A DNA stretch of 64,000 nt from a virus (taxonomy: Duplodnaviria; Caudoviricetes): positions 15,125 to 79,124 of the IMG/VR virus record IMGVR_UViG_3300025084_000012; one strand, 5' to 3'. The translations under genes and the position numbers were made by a program. Below the pieces are notes generated by a model. It was not told where the DNA came from, searched no databases, and saw only the letters and a program-made list of their open reading frames with translations. Below, in pieces: positions 17,686-25,832 of this stretch. Positions within the stretch are counted from its first letter, which is position 1, and each line of letters begins with the position of its first letter.

Positions 17686-17914
17686 GAAAAGATTGATTAA
17701 ATTAATTAAAACAGCATTGAGAGAAGAAGGCAACCTTTCCGTAGAAAGTATCATCACTGTGTTCCAAGACAGATGGCCTCGACAGACCCCATCGACCTCT
17801 GAAATGGCAAGCATCCTTACAAAGAACCCTGATTTTATTGTGATAGATACGTTCAAGAAACAATCAGCGATTAGCGGAACACACTCAGCATACATATGGG
17901 GATTGAATAAATGA
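17678..17914 (+). CDS. winged-helix DNA-binding protein
   Basis: LSVESI...PSTSEMASILTKNPDF followed by a beta-wing ending YIWGL; ATG 17678 follows GGTGA. Confidence 0.55.
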   Translation: MGKKRLIKLIKTALREEGNLSVESIITVFQDRWPRQTPSTSEMASILTKNPDFIVIDTFKKQSAISGTHSAYIWGLNK

Positions 17915-18618
17915 AGCCTGACCTAATTATTGACTCAAACGAGAGAGGCTCTCTCTGTGAATCAATTGAGCGTAGAGCGAAGAAAGAGGGTTTGAATGTT
18001 GTTAGACAATCCCTCGTTGTAGGCGACTACCTCTTGGGCGCTGCTTGCGTAGAAGCAAAGAGTGTAACAGACCTGTTTCAATCAAGTTACAGTGGTCACC
18101 TATGGCGACAACTCGACAACATGGATGCGAACTACGAGCGCTTCTTTCTTGTCATTCATGGTACGATAGCCAAGTATGTAGCCTTCGCAAAGAAGCAAGG
18201 TCGATTCCTAACTCATAGTAGGGTGCAAAATGAACTCACTGGTACGATTGCTCGTATCATGGCTGACTTCGACTGCCAAGTTTTCTTCACTTCTAACGTA
18301 AGTGAAGCCGCTATGTTCGTCACGAAGTTACACAACAAGTTGCACAAACCAGCCAGTAAGCATGGCGCTCACGCTATCCGTAGAGTATCTACAAATGATG
18401 TGAGAGTAGACATGCTACTCACTGTTCCCGGCGTAGGTGCTGAGTTGGCTGAGCGCTTACTTGACAAGTGTGGTAACTTGGAGGAGATGTGCTTCCCTGA
18501 TTCGTTAAAGCAAGTAAAGGGACTTGGAGATAAGAAAAGACAACTCATTGTCGAGGTTTTGACCAGCGAGACACCTGTTCACATTCAACGAACTGTTAGG
18601 CGCAAGAGGGGTTCTTAA
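17911..18618 (+). CDS. ERCC4/XPF-family nuclease with HhH motif
   Basis: IIDSNE...GDY...VEAKS..DL and TVPGVGAELAERLL. Confidence 0.9.
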   Translation: MKPDLIIDSNERGSLCESIERRAKKEGLNVVRQSLVVGDYLLGAACVEAKSVTDLFQSSYSGHLWRQLDNMDANYERFFLVIHGTIAKYVAFAKKQGRFLTHSRVQNELTGTIARIMADFDCQVFFTSNVSEAAMFVTKLHNKLHKPASKHGAHAIRRVSTNDVRVDMLLTVPGVGAELAERLLDKCGNLEEMCFPDSLKQVKGLGDKKRQLIVEVLTSETPVHIQRTVRRKRGS

Positions 18619-18620
18619 AG

Positions 18621-18653
18621 CAACATCGTGCTACATGTTTGTGAGTTTTTTTT
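18621..18653 (+). terminator. putative terminator (short hairpin plus T-tract)
   Basis: AACAT/ATGTT stem followed by a T-run, immediately before promoter copy 5. Confidence 0.45.
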
Positions 18654-18655
18654 GA

Positions 18656-18679
18656 AAGTTGATATATAAAGGAACAGTA
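18656..18679 (+). promoter_or_regulatory. conserved viral promoter motif, copy 5
   Basis: Exact consensus; ATG 18692 lies 12 nt downstream. Confidence 0.85.
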
Positions 18680-18691
18680 GGAAGTGAGATT

Positions 18692-20098
18692 ATGAGAGAA
18701 GCACAAGATTACATGGCGGTCAAGAACTACCCGTTCTTTGACGGTTATGTTGAAAGATTTAGTAGAACGAGTATCGACAATGACATCCCAGCGATGTTAT
18801 CATTCTTCTACATTCAGGGACAAATAGCAGCGCCTTTCGTTCGTATACCGTGGGACGCAAGCCACCTTGACCCTCGTGTGCATGTCTTTTGGATTCAACC
18901 ATCAAGAACTGGTAAGTCAGTTGCTTGGGAGTTCGTAGGTGATGTGCTGAAAGACTGTGGACTTCAACAAGACATGTATACTTCAGGTTCAGATGCTGGA
19001 CTAATTGGCGGTGTTACTAATGAGACAGTGGTAGATGAGAACGGTAAGAAAGAGCAAGTCGCTGTGCAAACAGAAGGTATGCTCGCTGGACAGAAGGCGC
19101 TCAACTTTGACGAAGGAAGTATCATCCTCAATCCCGGTAAGCACTCGCAAGAGACTGTTCTGTATCTACAGTCAGCCTGTAACCCGATTGGTAGTAACTC
19201 AAACATCCTTGTCAAGCACTTGAGTGGTCGTCGTATTGAGACTGAATCACTTGTCTCGTTGTGGATTACAACCTACCCACCTGCTGGTGTTAAGGAGTAT
19301 GTTTTAACGAAGGGTATCTTCCAGCGAGTTCTATTGTATTGGTCTGACTGGGATATGGACAGGCGTATGGGAGTCAGTGTGAAACGTATGGAACGTGCGT
19401 TTACAAAGACACCAAAGCAAAAGTTATCCTACGATGAAATCATTGACTACTTCACTGGGCTTGAAAAGCGACTGCGTGACCGAGTTCTAAACCTGACTGA
19501 GATTTCATTCACTGAATGGGATGGTATGACTCGTGAAGAACAGGAAGATATTGTTCAGTCTGTTATGAACGAGATGTTCACAGCAGACGAGTCATTCTAT
19601 GTGGCTACATACGACTTGGTTGAGGACTTGTATTCGCTACTGGATGGTTTGAACTTCGCTATCGGTAACGTCGTTGCGTCGTTTATTCCCGCTATGGAGA
19701 ACTACTCAGTTATCCTCGCTACTCACATCGCCATGATGGATGAGAAGTGGGTTATCACTGGTGAGCATCTCGACATGGCTAAGGAGATTATCTACGACTT
19801 GTTCAAGAATCTGATTCTATGGCTTGAAGGTGAGGTCGAAGTCGGTGCTAAACAGAATGAGAAGGCTAACCATGCGAAGAACTGGACTACTGCTTACAAC
19901 GTCGTCTCCTCAGTTGAACTGGATAAGAAAGGCGAGGGGTGGAGAAAGAAGGCCGCTGTCATCAAGCAATACTGTATCGCTGAACAAGTTACTCGTGGCA
20001 CTGCATTCAATCGCTTCTCCAAGTGGGGCGCTCACTTGTTCGATGCCGCTAAGGATGGCTCTACCGTTTACATTCGTTTGAAGGAGGTATCGCCATGA
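18692..20098 (+). CDS. divergent MCM-like AAA+ ATPase (putative replicative helicase)
   Basis: QPSRTGKS Walker A, SDAGLIG (MCM S.AGL), GML.....NFDE Walker B, FQR Arg finger. Confidence 0.65.
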   Translation: MREAQDYMAVKNYPFFDGYVERFSRTSIDNDIPAMLSFFYIQGQIAAPFVRIPWDASHLDPRVHVFWIQPSRTGKSVAWEFVGDVLKDCGLQQDMYTSGSDAGLIGGVTNETVVDENGKKEQVAVQTEGMLAGQKALNFDEGSIILNPGKHSQETVLYLQSACNPIGSNSNILVKHLSGRRIETESLVSLWITTYPPAGVKEYVLTKGIFQRVLLYWSDWDMDRRMGVSVKRMERAFTKTPKQKLSYDEIIDYFTGLEKRLRDRVLNLTEISFTEWDGMTREEQEDIVQSVMNEMFTADESFYVATYDLVEDLYSLLDGLNFAIGNVVASFIPAMENYSVILATHIAMMDEKWVITGEHLDMAKEIIYDLFKNLILWLEGEVEVGAKQNEKANHAKNWTTAYNVVSSVELDKKGEGWRKKAAVIKQYCIAEQVTRGTAFNRFSKWGAHLFDAAKDGSTVYIRLKEVSP

Positions 20099-20259
20099 AG
20101 TGTGTTATGTGTAATAGCGACACTAAGTTCTCAGATAACACCCCTACAGGGGTCAAATCCTTTTGTAGTGAGAAGTGTTGGGCTGAATATATCGGAATCG
20201 AAGTGAAGCCTGAAGGCTATTATGGAATGATTCAAAAGAAAGTAGGATGGTGGGCGTAA
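20095..20259 (+). CDS. TRASH/YHS-type Zn-finger microprotein (54 aa, not in ORF track)
   Basis: MKCVMC...FCSEKC; ATGA-coupled. Confidence 0.65.
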   Translation: MKCVMCNSDTKFSDNTPTGVKSFCSEKCWAEYIGIEVKPEGYYGMIQKKVGWWA

Positions 20260-20330
20260 TGGATGAGTCCGAATTGAAGATTTATATTGAAACAGAGGAG
20301 TACATCTACTGGGAATACTGGGAGGCATAA
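20259..20330 (+). CDS. possible 23-aa acidic/aromatic peptide
   Basis: MDESELKIYIETEEYIYWEYWEA*; TAATG-coupled and fills the gap exactly. Confidence 0.3.
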   Translation: MDESELKIYIETEEYIYWEYWEA

Positions 20331-20332
20331 AC

Positions 20333-20944
20333 ATGAGTGACATAATGGCATTAGATATTGAGACTGGTAACTACTCTTGGGAGATAGGTGGCTGGGATAA
20401 GCATAGCCTGTTTGAACCCACTGTAGTTTGCACATGGGATGGAACTGAAGGTCACGCCTTCACCAAAGAAGACATAGACATGGCAAGCGCTACTGTTCAT
20501 GACCTACATCCTCGCACGTTAGGTGACCACTTACAGAAACACATTGACGGTGGAGGTAAAATTCTCGGTCACAACATACGTGGATTTGATTTGCCAGTGC
20601 TAAGTGCTGCACTTGACTGCTGGACTGCTGGTGATTTGATGAGTAAAAGTGAAAGCATTATCGACACCAAGATGCTGGTTAATAAAGCAGCATTGGGTAT
20701 GGGTAAGGTTCACACTACACTCGATACTCTTGTTCGCTCTACTCTTGACTCATCAAAAAGTATGCAGAGTAGTGATGCGCCAGTAGCATGGCGTGAAGGA
20801 AAATTCCTTGAGGTAGCCGACTACTGCCTCAAAGACTGCCAGTTGACTTACGACCTCTACGTGTATGGTCGTGACAACGGTATAGTAAAGAGTCGGAGTA
20901 TGGACGACGGCTCTATAGTTGAAATTGAGGTAGATTGGAAATGA
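20333..20944 (+). CDS. DEDD 3'-5' exonuclease (RNase H-like)
   Basis: LDIET, GHNIRGFD, YCLKD. Confidence 0.88.
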   Translation: MSDIMALDIETGNYSWEIGGWDKHSLFEPTVVCTWDGTEGHAFTKEDIDMASATVHDLHPRTLGDHLQKHIDGGGKILGHNIRGFDLPVLSAALDCWTAGDLMSKSESIIDTKMLVNKAALGMGKVHTTLDTLVRSTLDSSKSMQSSDAPVAWREGKFLEVADYCLKDCQLTYDLYVYGRDNGIVKSRSMDDGSIVEIEVDWK

Positions 20945-22467
20945 CAGATAATAACACAACACAGAGGCTAAACATAGAAGCAGTCAAGCGTATCGCTGAG
21001 ACTGTAAGGACGACGCTTGGGCCATTAGGTATGGACAAGATGATGGTAGACGGTGGTGGTAATGTCATCGTGACAAACGATGGTGCTACTATCTTACGAG
21101 AAGTAGACACTGCTCACCCTGCTGCCAAGATGGTAGTAGAGGTATCGAAGATGCAAGAAGCAAACGCATACGACGGCACTACGAGTACAGTCGTTCTCGC
21201 AAGCCAATTGCTTGCTAACTCAGAGGGTCTATTCAGTAAAGGCTTGCATCCTAACGTAATTATCAAGGGCTACTCAACAGCACGAAACATGGCTGTTGAC
21301 TGCTTAGAAGGAATGCCTGACGCTGTAGGTAACCACGAAGATTATGATATGAACGTATATCTTAGAGCAATAGCAAGAACCGCTATCACTGGTAAGTCGC
21401 TTGAAGCATCCGAAGAGAAGGTCGCTAATCTGTGCGTCGAGACTATCAAGACAATAGGAAACGCTCGTGACGTGAAGACACTCGCTGTTCCCGGCGGCTC
21501 TCTCGCTGACTCGTGGCTTTACAACGGTGTAGTCCTTAACAAAGACTTCATCGGTGGTGGAGATGAGTTCCGTAACTGGGACAACGAAGATGGCGTAGAG
21601 ATACTGCTTCTCAATGGTGGCCTAACCGAAGGCAAAGAGAGTGCAAACGTATCTGTTCAGGTGTCCGATGCAAATTCCTACAGCCAAGTCCAAGCGATGG
21701 GTCGAGACAAACTGCTTGAGGCGGCTAAGGCCGTAGTGAGTAGTGGTGCTAATGTTGTGCTATGTCGTGACGCAGTACATGATACTGCGATTGCATATCT
21801 ACGCAAGCAAGGTATCTCTGTCGTGCAACGTGTGCCTGAGAGCACGATGCGTAGACTGTCAAACGAATTGATGAACACTCCAATCCACATGACACCTGAG
21901 CCATCATCAACAACAGGCATAGGTCACATTGACCGTGTTATTCACAACGACGTGCCGTATCTGTATGTTAATTCATTAGCGAAGGAGTGCATGACTACAC
22001 ACAGAGAATCCACACTGATACTGAAAGGTGCTACACAATCTACTCTCGATGAGATTCAACGAGGGTTTGACGACGCATTGGGTGTTGTGTCATTGGTCAA
22101 GAACGGTGACTCCATACGCTTTGGTGGTGGTTCTACTTACGTCGCTATCGCTGCTCACTTGCGTGCTAACGCTTCTGAGGTTGGTGGACGTGCTCAGATG
22201 GCGATTGAAGCGTTTGCTGATGCACTCGAAGCCATACCTGCTACTATCGCTGAGAACGCAGGTTATGACCCACTCGATACAGTCTTGGCTATGCGACACA
22301 AACTCCCTGAGTTATACGGCCCTGATGTAGAAAACGGAGGGGTTAAGTCCATGACGGGAGTATTTGAACCAACATCGCTTATTCGCAGTGGTATCAACGG
22401 AGCAACAGAAGTCTCATGTGCCATCCTACGCATTGATGATGTCATCGGGCGTAGAGGTGCTGAGTGA
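20941..22467 (+). CDS. ths: group II chaperonin (thermosome-like)
   Basis: TTLGP.GMDKM, VTNDGATIL, DGTTS, GGG, AIEAFADALE.IP..IAENAG. Confidence 0.96.
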   Translation: MTDNNTTQRLNIEAVKRIAETVRTTLGPLGMDKMMVDGGGNVIVTNDGATILREVDTAHPAAKMVVEVSKMQEANAYDGTTSTVVLASQLLANSEGLFSKGLHPNVIIKGYSTARNMAVDCLEGMPDAVGNHEDYDMNVYLRAIARTAITGKSLEASEEKVANLCVETIKTIGNARDVKTLAVPGGSLADSWLYNGVVLNKDFIGGGDEFRNWDNEDGVEILLLNGGLTEGKESANVSVQVSDANSYSQVQAMGRDKLLEAAKAVVSSGANVVLCRDAVHDTAIAYLRKQGISVVQRVPESTMRRLSNELMNTPIHMTPEPSSTTGIGHIDRVIHNDVPYLYVNSLAKECMTTHRESTLILKGATQSTLDEIQRGFDDALGVVSLVKNGDSIRFGGGSTYVAIAAHLRANASEVGGRAQMAIEAFADALEAIPATIAENAGYDPLDTVLAMRHKLPELYGPDVENGGVKSMTGVFEPTSLIRSGINGATEVSCAILRIDDVIGRRGAE

Positions 22468-22637
22468 TGGGAAGACTCCTTGACAAACTCACAGTGAAGT
22501 GTAGGGCTTGTACACACAAGCACATACCAAGAAGACTACAAGCACGTTATCTCGATGGTGACCGTAAGCGCATAAGCCTGTGGCAGTGCAAAGAATGCGA
22601 CCACATATGGCAAGACAGTGTGTTTAATCACCAGTAG
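22467..22637 (+). CDS. TFS/Rpb9-like C-terminal Zn ribbon (56 aa, not in ORF track)
   Basis: CRAC-x25-CKECDHIW with LQARYLDG in place of TFS LQTR.xDE; TGATG-coupled to ths. Confidence 0.6.
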   Translation: MGRLLDKLTVKCRACTHKHIPRRLQARYLDGDRKRISLWQCKECDHIWQDSVFNHQ

Positions 22638-22698
22638 TAGCGAGCCACGTTGCTACAAACCCTGCTATAAATGCTAACAGGACAGGTAACCACATCAT
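22624..22698 (-). CDS. 24-aa single-TM peptide (not in ORF track)
   Basis: MMWLPVLLAFIAGFVATWLATTGD*; GGTGA RBS; last gene of the minus-strand string. Confidence 0.45.
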   Translation of the reverse strand: MMWLPVLLAFIAGFVATWLATTGD

Positions 22699-22699
22699 A

Positions 22700-22864
22700 T
22701 CACCAACTGTTTATGACGGCTTGTGTAGGCGGTGTACCCCAACTGCTCGGCCATTCGTTGAGGTTAATAGCACCGTCAATAAAATACAGACCATGTTCAG
22801 CATACTCGAATTGAGTAAAACCTGCGTTGTGCATTCCCGTTGTCATCTCTTGTGGTGTCATCAT
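22700..22864 (-). CDS. small protein after tail fibre, XkdW/fibre-chaperone-like (54 aa, not in ORF track)
   Basis: MMTPQEM...IDG.INLNEWPSSWGTPPTQAVINSW*; ATGA-coupled to the fibre gene. Confidence 0.55.
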   Translation of the reverse strand: MMTPQEMTTGMHNAGFTQFEYAEHGLYFIDGAINLNEWPSSWGTPPTQAVINSW

Positions 22865-25488
22865 AGCATCTCCGTAATTTGAAAGTAAGTGAGAGTGTTG
22901 AGGGATGCTCCTATGGTTCCGCTACTTGCCGCATGAGCGTAGTGTGCAACCTTATCACCAGTATTTAATTTGATTACTGCTGATATATGTGTATCTGCAC
23001 CGTTAGCACTATTTCTACGAAGCCGAATAGCGTACCCTGAACCTGTATCAACCTGTATTAGAGACATAGTCCATGATGGAGCAGATGTGAAATAAAAACT
23101 ACACGCTACGAGATAGTACCCATCTCTCGGTGCAGTATATTCATTGTTGGATGTACTAAAGTTAGAGCCTTCATTCCACAAAACTGTATCATGTGTTATC
23201 TTTGTTGACCCTGAACTGTAACTTTGATTCCCCGAAAGATAGGCAAAAAACTTCGATGATTTGACGGCTATGTTGTTAATTTCATTAGTGTTGGTGTTTG
23301 CTAATATTGTGTTCGCTAAAATGGAAGGGGCGTTAGCGGCCTGTGCCATAGCGTCTGTGTACTCTGTTGCACCGTCAGCGACGTTCAGCATGGTTCGCAC
23401 ATCTGCGGGAGATATTTCTTCAATAATACCTGCACCTGCGCTGTCTCTTCCAAGTAGTTTATCCGTCGCTGATACATCTTGCATCTTAGCATAAGTAACT
23501 GCATCAGCCGCAATAGTAGCCGCTACTGAACCTGAACCGCTTGCTGTAACATCACCTGTTAGTGCTGTTATACCAGCCGCCGCAAGGTCGCTTGTTAAGG
23601 CAACAGTGCCTGTAGAATCAGGTAGAGTGATTGTTCTATCAGCAGTGGGGTTCGTTACAGTTAACGTAGTCTCAAAGTCACCTACAGCCGTAGAGCCTTC
23701 AAAGGTCAAATCAACATCAACGCCGAGATTGACATTCGTATCAATCAAGACTCTCTCAGTTCCCGCCGTATGCATGGAGATAGTATCGGCATCTGATGAA
23801 GTTTCCACATCTATCTTAGTATCAGTATCAGCGTCTGTTATACTTGAGCCATCACCAGCCAATGCTGCTATAGAAGAAGCAGTAACAGTCTTGACTGCGT
23901 TACCACCATCTGTGTCTTGAATCAGCACTTTGTCAGTAGCGCTGACTGTTGCTGCTGTGTAAGCGTGACCAGTAATAGCGGCATTGACATTTGTCGCATC
24001 AGTAACATCGGCTGCCGCTTCTATGGCTGTGAGTTTACTTCTCTCAGCAGTGCTAATGATTGAACCCGAACCTACTGCTGATACATCGCTCAAGTCAGTA
24101 ACGCTTGATGCTGAGTTAAGAACAGTGTTTGCTCCATGCTTCAAAGCGTTAGATGCACCATTGTCCAGCCAAAGCGTGTTTGCGGTAGTCCCACCGGGAT
24201 TGGCTGCTACGGGTGTGAGTTCAAGCCCTGTAGGGTCAATCAATCCTGTAACGGTCAGTTTACCATTGACAGTGAGTGTAGACGAGGCAGCAGTCCAAAA
24301 CAACTTAGCATCGCTTGTATGACTACCCGCACCATCTGACAACTGAACTAAACCAGTTGCTCCGCTTGCTATGTGGGTGACTGTAGAACTGTGAATCACC
24401 TTGACCCAAGCAGTGCCGTTGTATACGAACATAACCGCCTCGGTGTTAGCCAGCCCTATATTCAACCCACTGGGGTCAAAGGTAACAACACCAGCACCTG
24501 CGTTACTCACAATAACTGTGTGACCGGGAGGGAATGTTCCTGTCGGAGTCAAAGACTTAGCGCTACCACCAGTAAAAGTGAATACTTGTGCATCATCGAA
24601 CTCAAAAGCAAGACTCGCAGTCAGTGCTTTAATGCGATTAGGCCCAAGCAAATGTGTGTGACGGTTCGACCCATCCTTAGCACTGAAGTAGAGGTTTGGT
24701 AAGTTGTCATCTTCGTTATACGACAACCACATAACACCGTTGCTACCAAAGTCTCCTTCTTCACCAGTGCCGTGAATGTCCTCCAAAGCAGTATGTGTGT
24801 TCAAGTGGTTTGTCGAACCCACCGCACCCGTAGTTACGGGAGACAAATAGAACGGCGAAGGTCGGACAAATACTCGCTTGTCGTTGATTTCAGAAAGTGT
24901 GAGTTTGAGGTCATTCGCAGCAGCAGCGCCACTGTTAAACGTAGCCCTGACAGTAGCCAAGACCACAGTTTGCTTATTTGAAGCAGCACTGACACCACTC
25001 ATTTTCAAGTAAGCATCTGCTATTGAACCTGATATGTCTGAGTATGCACCAGCGGCAGTTGTAACGGGTGTAGTTTGAACAAACTTCGCACCCAAAGAAG
25101 TTGCTACAATGACGAACAAACACTCCTTTCCTGATGTCAAGGCGTTAGTGGTTGTACCTGCAAGGAATGCTGAGCCTCCTGTTGTGCTATCTGTTAAGTT
25201 GATAGTGACATCACCACCTGACCCATTATCAATAGTGTAAGGTACACCATCAAGAATAACGCTACAAGCCTTAATTGTGACTTGATGATTACTACCACTT
25301 ACCGCACCGGGTAGGCTTGTAGGAGTGTTTCTATCACTGCTACCAAAGGCTGTATCGTGTGCGTTGAGTACACCGTTACCGTGTAGTCCTTCGTAGATGT
25401 TCGTTAGTGACGGAGATAGGATGTGGTCACCGTCTCGTAGCCCATCGTTTGCCCCTGCTGTGTGTCCTGATATTGGATTGTCGGCCAT
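22861..25488 (-). CDS. tail fibre / receptor-binding protein with C-terminal C1q-like domain
   Basis: Gly/Ala/Thr/Ser-rich; PTADRTITLPDSTGTVAL fibre motif; C-terminal FFAY...TAPRDGYYLV. Confidence 0.8.
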   Translation of the reverse strand: MADNPISGHTAGANDGLRDGDHILSPSLTNIYEGLHGNGVLNAHDTAFGSSDRNTPTSLPGAVSGSNHQVTIKACSVILDGVPYTIDNGSGGDVTINLTDSTTGGSAFLAGTTTNALTSGKECLFVIVATSLGAKFVQTTPVTTAAGAYSDISGSIADAYLKMSGVSAASNKQTVVLATVRATFNSGAAAANDLKLTLSEINDKRVFVRPSPFYLSPVTTGAVGSTNHLNTHTALEDIHGTGEEGDFGSNGVMWLSYNEDDNLPNLYFSAKDGSNRHTHLLGPNRIKALTASLAFEFDDAQVFTFTGGSAKSLTPTGTFPPGHTVIVSNAGAGVVTFDPSGLNIGLANTEAVMFVYNGTAWVKVIHSSTVTHIASGATGLVQLSDGAGSHTSDAKLFWTAASSTLTVNGKLTVTGLIDPTGLELTPVAANPGGTTANTLWLDNGASNALKHGANTVLNSASSVTDLSDVSAVGSGSIISTAERSKLTAIEAAADVTDATNVNAAITGHAYTAATVSATDKVLIQDTDGGNAVKTVTASSIAALAGDGSSITDADTDTKIDVETSSDADTISMHTAGTERVLIDTNVNLGVDVDLTFEGSTAVGDFETTLTVTNPTADRTITLPDSTGTVALTSDLAAAGITALTGDVTASGSGSVAATIAADAVTYAKMQDVSATDKLLGRDSAGAGIIEEISPADVRTMLNVADGATEYTDAMAQAANAPSILANTILANTNTNEINNIAVKSSKFFAYLSGNQSYSSGSTKITHDTVLWNEGSNFSTSNNEYTAPRDGYYLVACSFYFTSAPSWTMSLIQVDTGSGYAIRLRRNSANGADTHISAVIKLNTGDKVAHYAHAASSGTIGASLNTLTYFQITEML

Positions 25489-25832
25489 TATTTCACCTCA
25501 ATGAGTATTTGTATTCGTATCTCGTTTGATTTTGTTTTTGTAAACGATGCTATGGTGTGTCTCGCTATTGGAATAGTGCTGAGTGTGCCTCTGAATTGAA
25601 TGAAGACTTCTTTGAGCGATTCGTTGAAGGAATGAGATGCGTCTAAGAATCCTTCAACCAGTAGTGAAGAATCGCTTACGATACGCACTGTAGGATTGAC
25701 AACCTTGGCGGGTCTACCAGCAGCACCATCACTTTTCGTAGCAGGGTTACCGTCGAAGCCAATGACCATTTCATTGATGTTATCAGCAATCGTTTCAATC
25801 AACAACCGTCTTACATGATTTGATACTGGCAT
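25488..25832 (-). CDS. small tail/baseplate protein
   Basis: EMVIG.DG...KEV...IARHTI..FTK pattern; sits between hub and fibre genes. Confidence 0.55.
   Translation of the reverse strand: MPVSNHVRRLLIETIADNINEMVIGFDGNPATKSDGAAGRPAKVVNPTVRIVSDSSLLVEGFLDASHSFNESLKEVFIQFRGTLSTIPIARHTIASFTKTKSNEIRIQILIEVK

Noticed and set aside
12374-20098. Inteins in PolB, the MCM-like ATPase or primase
   Set aside because: Protein lengths are normal and the motifs are uninterrupted.
318-22523. Minus-strand ORFs of 60-190 aa across the early/replication arm
   Set aside because: They are antisense shadows of well-supported + genes, with no RBS or motifs.
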